Shown here: piece after piece, positions 9,870-20,109 of the stretch | Layout: each line of letters opens with the position of its first letter | Numbering within the stretch: the stretch's first letter is position 1 | Source: a virus | Lineage: Duplodnaviria > Caudoviricetes | Length of the DNA: 64,000 bases | Strand: one strand, 5' to 3' | Virus record (IMG/VR): IMGVR_UViG_3300029288_000056 | Coordinates: 1-64,000 of that record | Notes under the pieces: generated by a model | The model's database searches: none | What the model was told of the DNA's origin: nothing | Seen by the model: the letters and a program-made list of their open reading frames with translations, nothing else | Translations under genes and position numbers: made by a program

Positions 9870-12800
9870 TATCCTGCCTTCGTAAACGTCCGAGATTGTC
9901 TATCTCTAAAGCCGGCTCTGTATCCGTCATACACGAGGCCCGCCGCGCCACTGCCTTCGATCATTCCTCCGATGTGCTGAGTAACCTGATAAGTGATGGA
10001 GGATCTGTTGTTTCCACCCATCTCACCCCAGAACTTTTTGTTACCTACTGCCATCATTTCGGGGTTTCCGATCTCATCCCAGTAGACCTGATTTCCTGTC
10101 CTCATGTCGGTAGTGACCATTTGGGAGTTGTAAGGCATATAACCGCCCATCGCCATGCTCGTCTGTCGTCTGTTCTGCATCGTGAGACCCGCGTAGCCGG
10201 GAATACCTTTGATGATTCCGTTGAATATCCCGTTGATTAGTGGTGCAATGATCTCACCAAGACCGGGGAGCGCGTCTTTTAGCGCGGTAGTTGCGAGGCC
10301 GAAGACGGTCTTCAACATACCCTTAAGGAAGGCTTGACTCTTTTGCATACCGCTCTTGTGGCTGGTAGGATCGAAGGCTTCCTCGAGGGCGGTGCCTGTG
10401 GTCTCGGCAAGACCGGTTCCCCACGTATATAGGAACTTAGCCTGTGCGTCGTCAAGGCCCTTGAAGGCGTCCTTCACGCCGTCTATGGCTTTCTTATATG
10501 TTATTTCCGCTGTTTTTGTTTTTTCCTCTAATCCCGGTAATGCTTCTTCCTTAGTCTGTAACTCGGTCTCATTAATTTGTTCACCGGCCGCTTTTCGTCT
10601 ATTTAGCGATTCAACGTCTCTTCTCATTTGTTCTTCTTCGGCCCTAGTTTTTGCATAAGTCATAAACGCTGATGATTGATCCATTTTTGCGGAAGCTATA
10701 TTCGCCCTTTCATCTCTAAATAAACCAAACCCCGTCTTTATGGCCCCTGTTGCTTCTTTTTTACGTTTTTCAAAATCATAATCACGTTCTAGTTTGATCA
10801 TGTTTTCAAGATGGGTTCTTTCTTTCTCTTGTCTATCATACTTATCTTTCCATACTTTATTAGCATCCTCACTTGCAGTCTTATCCAAAGCCATTATCGT
10901 GGACTTTAGCGATATGATGTCGTCGTAGAATTTTTGTTCTTTTTCTGTTAATTTGCCAGCGGTTCCGCTTAATTTTGTTTTAGCCTCTAACCTATCAAAC
11001 TCTGCAACTACCTCCTTTTGCTGTAAATAATCTTCCATGCCTTGGCTACGTGCCTTAAGGCTGTTCATCTCTGTTCCCGTATATGTGGCTACAGTTTTTT
11101 CTCTCTTTTGATCTAGTATGTCCTGTTCTTTTTGTTGATCAATGATCTGTTGGTTGCGCTTGAATATTTCTAATAGTATTTGCGCTTTAGTTTTTTCAGC
11201 GCCGCCGCCACTTGATAATCTTTGTTCGTTGCTCTTCTTACCACCTAAAGCGGTTAAGAAACTGTCCATCCATCCACTAGATTGTTCTGTTAGCTTAACG
11301 TTCTTACCATTTACCATAACCTCTGACAAGCCTTCCATTATGGCTTTTTGTATTTCTGGTATAGCCTTAGTAAGCTCCTCTGCTGTTAACCCAAACTTAC
11401 TAGCAGCCTCATTGACAGCTTTCTGATAGAAGTCGCTTGATGCTTTCAGTAGTCTTTTACCAGAAGCATCGTATTGACCGCCAGTAGTCCTAAATTTGTC
11501 AGCCATCGTTGATAAAACCTGCGCCTGTTTATTAAATGCAGGGGCAACCTCCTTATTTAACGATAATGATAAACGATCACGAGCATCTGCCTCTCTCTTT
11601 TTCGCATCCGAAAGTTGAGTATTTGCATAATCAGAAACATCACCCTGCAAGAACGCGTCATGCCATTTTTTTTCTTCTATTATGGAAGTCTTTAAATCAT
11701 ACATAGCCTCTAAGGCTTCAGGCGTTAAGTTCTTAAAGTTTTCGGCCGTCATCGCCGCGCTGCCGGTTAAATTCTCGAGGTCCTTCTTTAACATATCTTT
11801 AATTCCACTAAAGGCGGGATCGTCTAACCCTTTTAAGAAGTTTTCACCCGGCTTTAGTTTCATCAGGTTCATTTCTTGTTTTTTAACTTCCAAATTGTAG
11901 GCTCTCTGAACGTCCACAAATTCCATTAGTGCGCCTTGATACCGTTCCTGTTCATTGAGGCCTCCCTTGTCAGCCTCTTCTTTTAATCGTGCTAACGCCA
12001 TCTTTCTAGCTTCATAAATTATTGAAGCGTCAGAAAACGATTTTAACTGAGTAACACGAGCCTCCTCACTTAAACCGGCTTTTTGTAATTTATCGTCATA
12101 ATCCTTAACGGCTTTGACATTTGCCTCAGCAGCATCTTGACTCATCTGTAATGATTTAAGTCTTGCCTCTTCCCCTTGTGTTGCAAAGTCCAATCTTAAT
12201 CCTGTGCCAAAAAGTGATGAATTTTCGGATGGATTAGCTTTTCCAAGGGAGCCCAATTGAGTTATGCCAACAGCTAATTTAGCCGGTAAATCACCTAGTG
12301 TGTTCCAGAAGTTCCTGTCTATATTTCCCTTAGCCTGTGTATAAATGTCAGTATCTTTATTTATTTTTTGAGCCTGCCCTAACGCCAAATACTCTTCATT
12401 TTTCTTACCGATATTTTCCGGCTTTAACTCATCATAAAATTTTAAGGTAGCTACTGTAAAGCTCTGAAGATTTGTACTAGATTTTGCCCACGCCGCCGCA
12501 GCGTCCATCGCTGTCGTACGAGCAGCATCCGCGCCGATTGTAAATTCAAGAACACCATCGATGAGACCGTTAATACCACCCTTGGCTGTTTTTAAAGCTA
12601 AACTACCAACCGACTGTGCTAACGTTAATTGATCTAGAGCTGTTTTTCCTATAACGGCCTTATCTGCCATATCGAGAAATTTTTGAGATAAGTTTCCAAC
12701 CATTCTTGTTACTATGGCCATCCAGTTTCTCCACTGTGGAGCAAGTTTCATCCAAAGCTGTCCCTGTTCTATTAAGCTACTTGCAGTAGATAGCCAGCCG

Positions 12801-13861
12801 GTTCCACCACTATTAACCATGGCCTCTGTTAACATGTCTCGCGGTGTTCTACGTCTCGTCTTTGCAGGAACTTTTTGCCCCGGTTGCGCTTCTTGAAGTT
12901 CAGAAAGTTGTTCTTCTAATAATTCCCTCTCTTTTGAACCCTCTATAGCAGCGTTAATTTCTTCTTGTTTCTTTTTGATTAAGGCTTGTTGTATTTGTTT
13001 GGCCGTATCTTCGTTTTGACCCGCCTCTGCAAAAATCGCCGCCGCTATAGCCTTTATGTTAGCTTGTCTCGCAACGTTTGCATCCATTAGAGCTTTGGTG
13101 CTGCCTATTAACCCACCTTTACCGCCTTTTCCTGACATATTCTCATTTATTTGATCCATAAAATCGCCAAAATTATCCTGAGCGAGTTTAATTATATCTG
13201 CTTTGGCCTGAAGATCTCCACCTACAACTTCGGGTTTAATTTTCACACTTATTTCTTCGTCTTGCACTAAATTTGTTATCATATCAACAAAATCATTAGC
13301 CATTTCGTCATTATTATTGAAATAACCTCTTATTGTCTGAACAACAGCCGCCCTTATAGTGGGGTCGTTCAACCCTTTAAGCAATAAGTCAGCTACCGTC
13401 CCACTCTCGTTACCCAGTCTCGACTTAATAACACCTAATAAACCCTTAAATGCGTCACCAGACTTTTCGCCAAGTTTATCCCTGAGTATTGAGGCAAATT
13501 TTGTGGAAAAGCTCGTGGCTAACCCTTCTACTTGAGCTGATGGTATATCCTTTGGAAACGCCTCTATCATACCATTTTTTAACAAGTTTACAAGAACCGC
13601 CATGTCGTTTTCTAATGCCTTTTTAATTACCGAAATATCTATCTTAGGTGGTTTAATGGTCACATCCGAGTCTTCAAGCTTCTTTACGACCGGAAGTACC
13701 TCATTCTTAATAGTCTGAGACGTCTTCCCTAGAAATCCCTGAAGTGTTTGCACACCACCAATGACTTGTTGAATAACGCTGCTCAACTTCTCCATTTGTT
13801 GAATAGCACTAACATCAGTCGCCTTAATACCTACATTAAGATTCTCAGAATAATCCGCCAC
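9869..13861 (-). CDS. tail tape measure protein
   Basis: 1330 aa, helical A/K/E/L-rich, LNVGIKATD N-terminus, follows tube and chaperone genes. Confidence 0.85.
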   Translation of the reverse strand: MADYSENLNVGIKATDVSAIQQMEKLSSVIQQVIGGVQTLQGFLGKTSQTIKNEVLPVVKKLEDSDVTIKPPKIDISVIKKALENDMAVLVNLLKNGMIEAFPKDIPSAQVEGLATSFSTKFASILRDKLGEKSGDAFKGLLGVIKSRLGNESGTVADLLLKGLNDPTIRAAVVQTIRGYFNNNDEMANDFVDMITNLVQDEEISVKIKPEVVGGDLQAKADIIKLAQDNFGDFMDQINENMSGKGGKGGLIGSTKALMDANVARQANIKAIAAAIFAEAGQNEDTAKQIQQALIKKKQEEINAAIEGSKERELLEEQLSELQEAQPGQKVPAKTRRRTPRDMLTEAMVNSGGTGWLSTASSLIEQGQLWMKLAPQWRNWMAIVTRMVGNLSQKFLDMADKAVIGKTALDQLTLAQSVGSLALKTAKGGINGLIDGVLEFTIGADAARTTAMDAAAAWAKSSTNLQSFTVATLKFYDELKPENIGKKNEEYLALGQAQKINKDTDIYTQAKGNIDRNFWNTLGDLPAKLAVGITQLGSLGKANPSENSSLFGTGLRLDFATQGEEARLKSLQMSQDAAEANVKAVKDYDDKLQKAGLSEEARVTQLKSFSDASIIYEARKMALARLKEEADKGGLNEQERYQGALMEFVDVQRAYNLEVKKQEMNLMKLKPGENFLKGLDDPAFSGIKDMLKKDLENLTGSAAMTAENFKNLTPEALEAMYDLKTSIIEEKKWHDAFLQGDVSDYANTQLSDAKKREADARDRLSLSLNKEVAPAFNKQAQVLSTMADKFRTTGGQYDASGKRLLKASSDFYQKAVNEAASKFGLTAEELTKAIPEIQKAIMEGLSEVMVNGKNVKLTEQSSGWMDSFLTALGGKKSNEQRLSSGGGAEKTKAQILLEIFKRNQQIIDQQKEQDILDQKREKTVATYTGTEMNSLKARSQGMEDYLQQKEVVAEFDRLEAKTKLSGTAGKLTEKEQKFYDDIISLKSTIMALDKTASEDANKVWKDKYDRQEKERTHLENMIKLERDYDFEKRKKEATGAIKTGFGLFRDERANIASAKMDQSSAFMTYAKTRAEEEQMRRDVESLNRRKAAGEQINETELQTKEEALPGLEEKTKTAEITYKKAIDGVKDAFKGLDDAQAKFLYTWGTGLAETTGTALEEAFDPTSHKSGMQKSQAFLKGMLKTVFGLATTALKDALPGLGEIIAPLINGIFNGIIKGIPGYAGLTMQNRRQTSMAMGGYMPYNSQMVTTDMRTGNQVYWDEIGNPEMMAVGNKKFWGEMGGNNRSSITYQVTQHIGGMIEGSGAAGLVYDGYRAGFRDRQSRTFTKAG

Positions 13862-14618
13862 TATTATTCACCGCCTCCATGTGCCAATACGCCGCCAAGG
13901 CGAACATATTGTAGGGAACTTTCTCTATTTCGCGTCTTGCCCACTCTGTTAGACCGGCCTTGTTCCACAGCATAGTAAAGATGTACGAATCGCCGTGATA
14001 ACGCCATCTATGTTTGTACCCTGCTTGTTTGGATTCTGACTTCTCTTTGTCGGAATGACAGGCGTCTCTTCTCTTAAAGAGACTATTGAGGTATTCGTCT
14101 ATCTCAACTACCTTCTTTCTTGTCGCGAAGATCTCATCCTTCTTTTGTCGCGAAAGTTTGATCCATTTTTTTAAGCGCGATTTAACCTTGCCAGTATAGT
14201 CGAAACGCTCTTTTGTGAGCATACCTTCGGTGAAGCTGAAAGTCTTGTACTGGATGGTAGAATAATTAAGGAATTCGGAACGAATGGATTCCCACTCTTC
14301 ATAAGTGGAATAGATGGCTGCCGTCCATGCTACTAAGGAACATGGGGAAGGAATTTCATTAACCTGTAGCCATTTGATTTTACCCCAAGACGGCAGCCTA
14401 TTTTCATCTTTCCACCACTTCTCGTCTAGCTCTAAACCTAATGCATCCCAATCACTTGTGTCGAGCTGTTTATCCATCGAGTCGTGAGACATCGCGGATA
14501 AGTCTTCATAGGTGAGAGCGATTTGTTGCGCATCAGGCGGCGGAGCAGCCCAAGGTGGCGGATTTAATTTCTCAAATGTGGGAAATCCCTCCATACCGAA
14601 AGGAGGTTGGTTATCCAC
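13845..14618 (-). CDS. putative tail assembly chaperone
   Basis: position between tail tube and tape measure only. Confidence 0.45.
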   Translation of the reverse strand: MDNQPPFGMEGFPTFEKLNPPPWAAPPPDAQQIALTYEDLSAMSHDSMDKQLDTSDWDALGLELDEKWWKDENRLPSWGKIKWLQVNEIPSPCSLVAWTAAIYSTYEEWESIRSEFLNYSTIQYKTFSFTEGMLTKERFDYTGKVKSRLKKWIKLSRQKKDEIFATRKKVVEIDEYLNSLFKRRDACHSDKEKSESKQAGYKHRWRYHGDSYIFTMLWNKAGLTEWARREIEKVPYNMFALAAYWHMEAVNNSGGLF

Positions 14619-14632
14619 ACGGTGCCTTTATG

Positions 14633-15382
14633 TTACGGTTCTGTCCACATTGAACAGTAAAGTAGACTTGATGGTGCAACGTTGTATGTTTCAGTGTAGT
14701 CGTCGTTGAAGTTGTCAACTGCTGAACCAATGTCTATACGATCTGATGCCGGTTGTAAGTCTTTAAAGTACCAATCGATGTACTTGTTCTTGCCATCTCC
14801 ACGTCTTTCACCCATTAACTGTCTGAATGTACCAGTGATAGGTGACGGAACGAAGTCGAAAGGCATTAAGCCACGCGTACCCGTTGCGGTACTGTTCCAA
14901 GCGTATTGAACTGTCAATACTTGGCCTTCGTCCAACGCATTGAAGGTTAAGGTTGTACCCGAGATCGAATACTCGCCTTGCTGCGGAGCAGCTGGGCTTA
15001 CGTCGATGTAACGTGTCCAGTCATAATCATTCATTGAGTATACATTGATCAAGTCGTTATATACTGCATGTGCTATTGTTACTGTAGCCGCTGTAACGGT
15101 TGGTTCTTCTTGAATCGTTTGGTATGAACCCGCTGCAAAAGTTAAGCCAACGTTTCTGGTTAACATCTGTGTTGAGATTTCCTTAGACTTCAACTGAAGC
15201 TGAGCCTTTGTGATACCATGCGGAAACACGGTTTTAAATCCTGAGTTACCCGATGAGAATTCTGAAGAGCCTTGTTCGAAAACAAGTCTTCCGTCTGTGT
15301 TAAACCACAAACCGGTACCACCTGAGTAACACGCAATCAACCTTCCAAAAACAAAGCCGATTGGAGTTCCATTATTTGCCAT
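14633..15382 (-). CDS. major tail (tube) protein
   Basis: 249 aa G/T/S-rich beta protein, strong GGAGG SD, synteny; no sheath gene seen. Confidence 0.65.
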   Translation of the reverse strand: MANNGTPIGFVFGRLIACYSGGTGLWFNTDGRLVFEQGSSEFSSGNSGFKTVFPHGITKAQLQLKSKEISTQMLTRNVGLTFAAGSYQTIQEEPTVTAATVTIAHAVYNDLINVYSMNDYDWTRYIDVSPAAPQQGEYSISGTTLTFNALDEGQVLTVQYAWNSTATGTRGLMPFDFVPSPITGTFRQLMGERRGDGKNKYIDWYFKDLQPASDRIDIGSAVDNFNDDYTETYNVAPSSLLYCSMWTEP

Positions 15383-15396
15383 TGTTTACCTCCTTC

Positions 15397-15804
15397 TTAT
15401 ATTATTGATATGTAAATCTGAAAACTAACTTCATTAACCCATTTAAATTCTTCTCTTGTCGAGCTGGAATACGACGGATGTCCACCGTCTACAAAATTGT
15501 ACTTGCCACTCTGTTCGACGAACTTCTCTATACCCTGTATCGCGGTGCTGCAAAGTTCATCCATGTATGTAACGTTTGCGTTTTTGCGATTTGCTTCTAC
15601 AGAAAGACCGACGCTGACGCTATATACATTCATTACCGGTGAGTAGCGAGTTACACTTTTAACCGACAAGTTGTCTCTTACAGCGCCTTCGTTTCGTGAT
15701 TGGCTGTCTATAAGCATTGTGCCCAAAGGATAGTCCGTGTAGTTCGTAGTAAAAAACGCATCAAGCTCTGTTAGCATATTAGTAACGCATAGGTTTAAAC
15801 TCAT
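15397..15804 (-). CDS. putative tail terminator
   Basis: size and synteny. Confidence 0.45.
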   Translation of the reverse strand: MSLNLCVTNMLTELDAFFTTNYTDYPLGTMLIDSQSRNEGAVRDNLSVKSVTRYSPVMNVYSVSVGLSVEANRKNANVTYMDELCSTAIQGIEKFVEQSGKYNFVDGGHPSYSSSTREEFKWVNEVSFQIYISII

Positions 15805-16235
15805 CTTACACCTTCCATCACGTATTTGCCATAGGCTTCAACAATCTGTTTACGGTTAGCCTCGTAAAACACAAATGGCGCCGCCCCGTTCTTAGTTATC
15901 TTGTCAACTAAAGACTTCGGCACTAGCGGTATTGTGATATTATCTTGGTGATTCACTATATTAGATTTCCAAGACTTTTCTGGGGGAGGGACTGCTGTGG
16001 GTGTCGCACTAAGAGGTGCCCCGCGCCTTCCAATATTTCTTAATTGAAGAGTTCTCGCTAGATCATCTTCCATCAAATTGGGTGTACCGTAGGTATTCTT
16101 GGAGAACGATGCGCGTATATCCTCTCGCAAGTCTTTGTCAAGAGACTCCATTTCAGCAACGTCGTTCTTTAATCTTGACAACATATTTCTGACACGGGAT
16201 ACGAGGCCATCGGCGCTGATTGTTATACTAATCAT
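15801..16235 (-). CDS. putative neck / tail completion protein
   Basis: size and synteny. Confidence 0.45.
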   Translation of the reverse strand: MISITISADGLVSRVRNMLSRLKNDVAEMESLDKDLREDIRASFSKNTYGTPNLMEDDLARTLQLRNIGRRGAPLSATPTAVPPPEKSWKSNIVNHQDNITIPLVPKSLVDKITKNGAAPFVFYEANRKQIVEAYGKYVMEGVR

Positions 16236-16644
16236 GATGTACGTCTGTTCCTAATTGCCTCTTCCAAATGTTGTATATACCACCCTCATCGGTATGGTCC
16301 ACAGGATCTCTCGTGAAGTACTTATCCTCAACGTAGACCGCGTCTGATGTTCTTGTTCTTCCGGTCTGTCCGCTGATTATAAACGACATCCATTTCCACC
16401 ACTCATCTTTATCCGCTTGTTGACCATTAAGATAATAAAGAGCAAGGTGAAGAATGGCTCGTTGAACTAGAGGATAATCGGGAGCAGTGGTGACGATTCC
16501 ACCCCAACTATATAAGACGGCTTGCGTATCTGCTTCGGCAGTGTCTAACTTGAGTTGGACTTTACCGGACGCGGTAAACTCAGCATTGTCTTTTGTTAAC
16601 GGGAAGAAATCATTGAAATTTGTTACGGTAACGTATGATGACAT
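16228..16644 (-). CDS. head-tail adaptor
   Basis: follows capsid gene; SYVTV...LDTAEA...LVQRAILHLALYYL adaptor-like pattern. Confidence 0.6.
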   Translation of the reverse strand: MSSYVTVTNFNDFFPLTKDNAEFTASGKVQLKLDTAEADTQAVLYSWGGIVTTAPDYPLVQRAILHLALYYLNGQQADKDEWWKWMSFIISGQTGRTRTSDAVYVEDKYFTRDPVDHTDEGGIYNIWKRQLGTDVHHD

Positions 16645-16659
16645 TGTCTTGAAGTTTTT

Positions 16660-16684
16660 AAAAGGGGCGGGGTTACCGCCCCTT
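16660..16684 (-). terminator. intrinsic terminator after major capsid gene
   Basis: AAGGGGCGG-TAACC-CCGCCCCTTTT. Confidence 0.75.
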
Positions 16685-16692
16685 CATCTAAA

Positions 16693-17742
16693 CTATGTGG
16701 TTGCTGGATCGTAGAATAGGTATCCTGCTCTTTCAGCCATTCTGAAGCCAGATCCTGCTACATCGTAGCGTTCACCTTGATATCCTGCTTCTATATTGCT
16801 GATTGGGTTCGTTCCCTCATCACCGATAACAAAGCCTGCGAAACCAAAATCTTCTGCTGATATGTCAGCAACGGTTGCAGAGCCAGTACCGATTGTTTGA
16901 GAAACGGCAAGAGTTCTATTGTCTGGTTGATGCATGAAGATTACTGCGTCATCCCAAAGGTCGAAACGAGTTCCGTAGGTTGCACTTGGTGCTAGACCGC
17001 TTGCAGTCCACGCTCCCCAACCCTTCCAAATACGGGTTTTGATGCCGTAGTTGTTGGTGGAGATTGCTTGTGCAGCTTCGTCGTCCGTGAATGCTCCCGG
17101 AGTAACTGCGTACCCAGTTCCTTTGATGGTTTGTCTTGCTATCGCGTTATTGAAGAATACTTGCCATGCTGATACACCGAAGATGATATCCGTAACTGGC
17201 ATACCGTCAGCGTACATAGTATGGAAGACCCTATTCATTCCGTAGGTTGCGTGAGTAAACGGGTCTACCAATGCGTTTGCCCATTGACCCGCGATGTCTG
17301 TAACTCTATCTGCGGCGTAGTTAGTTGGGTCTTGAAGTTCTGCTGCAAATAAGGATTCGATGTATGCCAAAATCGACACTCTTAAATCCCAAAGCATGCG
17401 TTGTCTCATACCCTTAACTTCGCGCTTACTCATATCTCTGTGGTCAGTTCTGTAAGCAAGTGAGTAATAATCTAAATGCTTGTGTTCCATGATGTAATCG
17501 ATGGTCTTGAAGGCCACGTTCTCAAAACCGTTTAAAGGTCTTCGAAGGTCGATTCCATTAGGCACTGTACCAGTTGATGCTGTGAAGACTGGGAATTCTA
17601 TCTTATCAACACCAGCAGCGGGCTTCAAATCCACTCTCACGAATGGACTCTCTTTCATCATGAAAAAGAACTTGTCCTCTTTCTTGAGTGCCTTACCGTA
17701 ATCGATAACGATTGGTATAAATTCGCGTTGTAGTTGTTCCAT
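16693..17742 (-). CDS. major capsid protein
   Basis: 349 aa after scaffold and decoration genes and before a terminator; QWANALVDP and DLWDDAVIF segments resemble lambda E / Mu-like HK97-fold capsids. Confidence 0.8.
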   Translation of the reverse strand: MEQLQREFIPIVIDYGKALKKEDKFFFMMKESPFVRVDLKPAAGVDKIEFPVFTASTGTVPNGIDLRRPLNGFENVAFKTIDYIMEHKHLDYYSLAYRTDHRDMSKREVKGMRQRMLWDLRVSILAYIESLFAAELQDPTNYAADRVTDIAGQWANALVDPFTHATYGMNRVFHTMYADGMPVTDIIFGVSAWQVFFNNAIARQTIKGTGYAVTPGAFTDDEAAQAISTNNYGIKTRIWKGWGAWTASGLAPSATYGTRFDLWDDAVIFMHQPDNRTLAVSQTIGTGSATVADISAEDFGFAGFVIGDEGTNPISNIEAGYQGERYDVAGSGFRMAERAGYLFYDPATT

Positions 17743-17754
17743 TATTTATCCCCC

Positions 17755-18177
17755 CTAGTCTTCTTCTAGATTGTAAAGTTCAATGTAAGCAAGCTTACCG
17801 GCTGCTGCACCGTAAATACAACGGCCTAATTTAACACCGGCAGCGTATGGTCTAGTTCTACCCCAAGGACCGCATTCAACTTCTTCTCCAGCTGCTACGG
17901 TTGAGAAGCAAAGGACGTTAATTCTGTAGTTACCTTGGTTAGGAACAACAGGAACGTCTTCGTCAGTGCCGTAAGCAACGAGTGTAGAGGCGTAAAGTTC
18001 GGTTGGATCTGGAGCCTTCATTGCGCTCTTGTTTGCAACACCTTTTGATTGTGCTGCTGCGGTGCAAAGCTCAACTGCGAATGCTCCAACGCTCCATTTA
18101 ACCCAGCAGTATGGCGGGATAAAGCTTGTACCTGCGTTAGGGTAGTTCAAAACTCCCATGTTGGTATAGTTTTGCAT
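17755..18177 (-). CDS. head decoration / cement protein
   Basis: 140 aa A/G/V-rich gene just upstream of capsid; GAAAGKLAYIEL ending. Confidence 0.6.
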   Translation of the reverse strand: MQNYTNMGVLNYPNAGTSFIPPYCWVKWSVGAFAVELCTAAAQSKGVANKSAMKAPDPTELYASTLVAYGTDEDVPVVPNQGNYRINVLCFSTVAAGEEVECGPWGRTRPYAAGVKLGRCIYGAAAGKLAYIELYNLEED

Positions 18178-18183
18178 GTCTTA

Positions 18184-19209
18184 CTACCTCCCTCTCGCCA
18201 ATTCAAGATTTGTGATAAGGTCTGAACGGTAACCTTCTACTTCTTCTGTTTTTGTCCAGTTAGGTTTCTTACCGTTTAATGCTGTAAAGTGACCTGCCAA
18301 TTGTTGGCGACTTGCGCTATTTAATTTGTTGATGGATTCTTCAATAGAATCTACATCGTGTTCGTAAAGCAACGTAGCGCCTGCGCTGCTTGCTGCCTCG
18401 ATCCGAGATGGATAAGGTGAATCTCCGTCAATTATGCGTTCTTTTGGTCTTGGCGAAGCGATTTGGAAGCCTTTAACTACTTCGATAACTTCTTCTTCTT
18501 TGCCTGCTTCAAAAAGACCCATGACGAATTTCTTTTGGTTTGCGTCCATTTTACGAGCCTTGATTAGATCATCGACTCTTTCCTCTAACAGCACTCTGTT
18601 GGTGGCTTTTTCTTCTACTCTGCGTTCTGCTTCGAGCCCCCTGCGAATTGCTGTTACCTCGGATTTTAAGGCGGTAAGATTTTGCTCATTGTTTGTTAGA
18701 GCTTGTCTGTAATTCATTGTCTTCCCCCTTAGGTTATTTGAATTATCTTTTGTTTGTGATGCCATTGTTTGTCCTATTCCCGTTGATTGCGTCACTTCCG
18801 TTGGTTGTGTTATCTCCGTAGATATAGGATTCTTTTCTACTTCATTTTTTTGTATTCTATCAATAGCTTCTGTGATAGCGTCTTCAATGATTGTTGTCGA
18901 CACTTCATTTGCTGCGTCTGCTGTTGATTGAGCTACTTCGCTCCAAATTCCGTCCGGTATAATGTTTTCAGCTCCGAATGTTTTTGCACCTATATCAATC
19001 AGGTCCTTTAAGTCTTGTACAAAAGAAGCAACATCTCCATTAGAAATCGGTTCTTTTAGATTATCTACTAATTCTTGAAACGAAGATAAAACACCCTCAT
19101 CAAGAATAGTTTCTGTCTCTGCGGCGATTGTTTCAGAGGTATTATCTCCTTGGTCAGCATGCAGATACTTAAATCCGCGAACTGGACCACGAGAAAATCT
19201 TTTAGTCAT
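18184..19209 (-). CDS. capsid scaffolding protein (possible nested start at 18717)
   Basis: acidic coiled-coil protein between protease and capsid genes; VDDLIKARK motif; internal AAGGGGGAAG-ACA-ATG. Confidence 0.65.
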   Translation of the reverse strand: MTKRFSRGPVRGFKYLHADQGDNTSETIAAETETILDEGVLSSFQELVDNLKEPISNGDVASFVQDLKDLIDIGAKTFGAENIIPDGIWSEVAQSTADAANEVSTTIIEDAITEAIDRIQKNEVEKNPISTEITQPTEVTQSTGIGQTMASQTKDNSNNLRGKTMNYRQALTNNEQNLTALKSEVTAIRRGLEAERRVEEKATNRVLLEERVDDLIKARKMDANQKKFVMGLFEAGKEEEVIEVVKGFQIASPRPKERIIDGDSPYPSRIEAASSAGATLLYEHDVDSIEESINKLNSASRQQLAGHFTALNGKKPNWTKTEEVEGYRSDLITNLELARGR

Positions 19210-19218
19210 TTTGCCTCC

Positions 19219-19680
19219 TTAACGACGCGGACGAAGGATTCTTCTCATGCGAGAAGCTATCTTTCTGCGTTGCGCCTCCATATCTGATCTAACTGTTTGA
19301 TCTACAGCCTCTTTAACGGCCTTAGAAACACTTTCGCCTGTTACATCGGTTGCTACCTGTGATGTTAAAGCTGCAATCTCATCCCACATTGGGGCTGGGA
19401 TTATATTTTCCGCACCAAACTCTGAAGCGGCTTGATCAACTAAATTCTTAATTCCGTCTTGCAATGCTTGTTCGTCATTATCTTCGACAGCTTGTTGTAA
19501 GTTGTCAATAACGTCTAGATAAATCTCAAGAGCATCGGTCGCAGTTTTTTCGTCTTTGGTTTCCGCTGGTTTTTCTTCCTTTGGCTCCTCTTCCGTAGCA
19601 CCACCTTCGGCAAATATTCTTCTGCCAAATGGTTTACGCTCAGCTTCCTTTCTGCGTGAATAGCGTTCAAATCTACTCAT
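19219..19680 (-). CDS. scaffold-related prohead protein
   Basis: shares the FGAENIIP..W.E.A domain with the scaffold gene; basic termini, acidic core. Confidence 0.55.
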   Translation of the reverse strand: MSRFERYSRRKEAERKPFGRRIFAEGGATEEEPKEEKPAETKDEKTATDALEIYLDVIDNLQQAVEDNDEQALQDGIKNLVDQAASEFGAENIIPAPMWDEIAALTSQVATDVTGESVSKAVKEAVDQTVRSDMEAQRRKIASRMRRILRPRR

Positions 19681-20108
19681 TGAACTACCTCCCTTTTGTT
19701 GTATTTTTTATTGGATACTAAAATATCCGTTATCTTATCTTTTAACAAAATCATTTTATGCGCGTTCTTAATTACTTTTTCCTCAACTGAGCCCATTAAC
19801 TCGGGGTCGTTGTCGTACAAATTCGTTTGAAGTAATATGATCTTTGTGAGATCGTCTGTCATGCTTAGCATGAATGTGTATAAGTGCTCTCCCATTCCAT
19901 CTGATATTTGGAACTGAGTAGTCGCCTCATAATAGTGACCGTATTCAAAGTCTAGCATCTTGTCGATATAATCATGTATGATAGGAAGAACCTTATCACT
20001 ATTATCTTCGAGGACTTTAACGGCGTCCTTTGACGCTCTAACTTCTAAATCATATTCATCATAAGGTTTATCTAATGAAAATTTTTGAGCCTCTAGTCTT
20101 TCAGCCAT
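19677..20108 (-). CDS. hypothetical head-module protein
   Basis: coupled to neighbours; begins MAERLEA. Confidence 0.6.
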   Translation of the reverse strand: MAERLEAQKFSLDKPYDEYDLEVRASKDAVKVLEDNSDKVLPIIHDYIDKMLDFEYGHYYEATTQFQISDGMGEHLYTFMLSMTDDLTKIILLQTNLYDNDPELMGSVEEKVIKNAHKMILLKDKITDILVSNKKYNKREVVQ

Positions 20109-20109
20109 A

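Noticed and set aside
13845-14618. Programmed tail-chaperone frameshift (lambda G/GT type)
   Set aside because: A single ORF spans the gap from tail tube to tape measure, and no second frame is needed.
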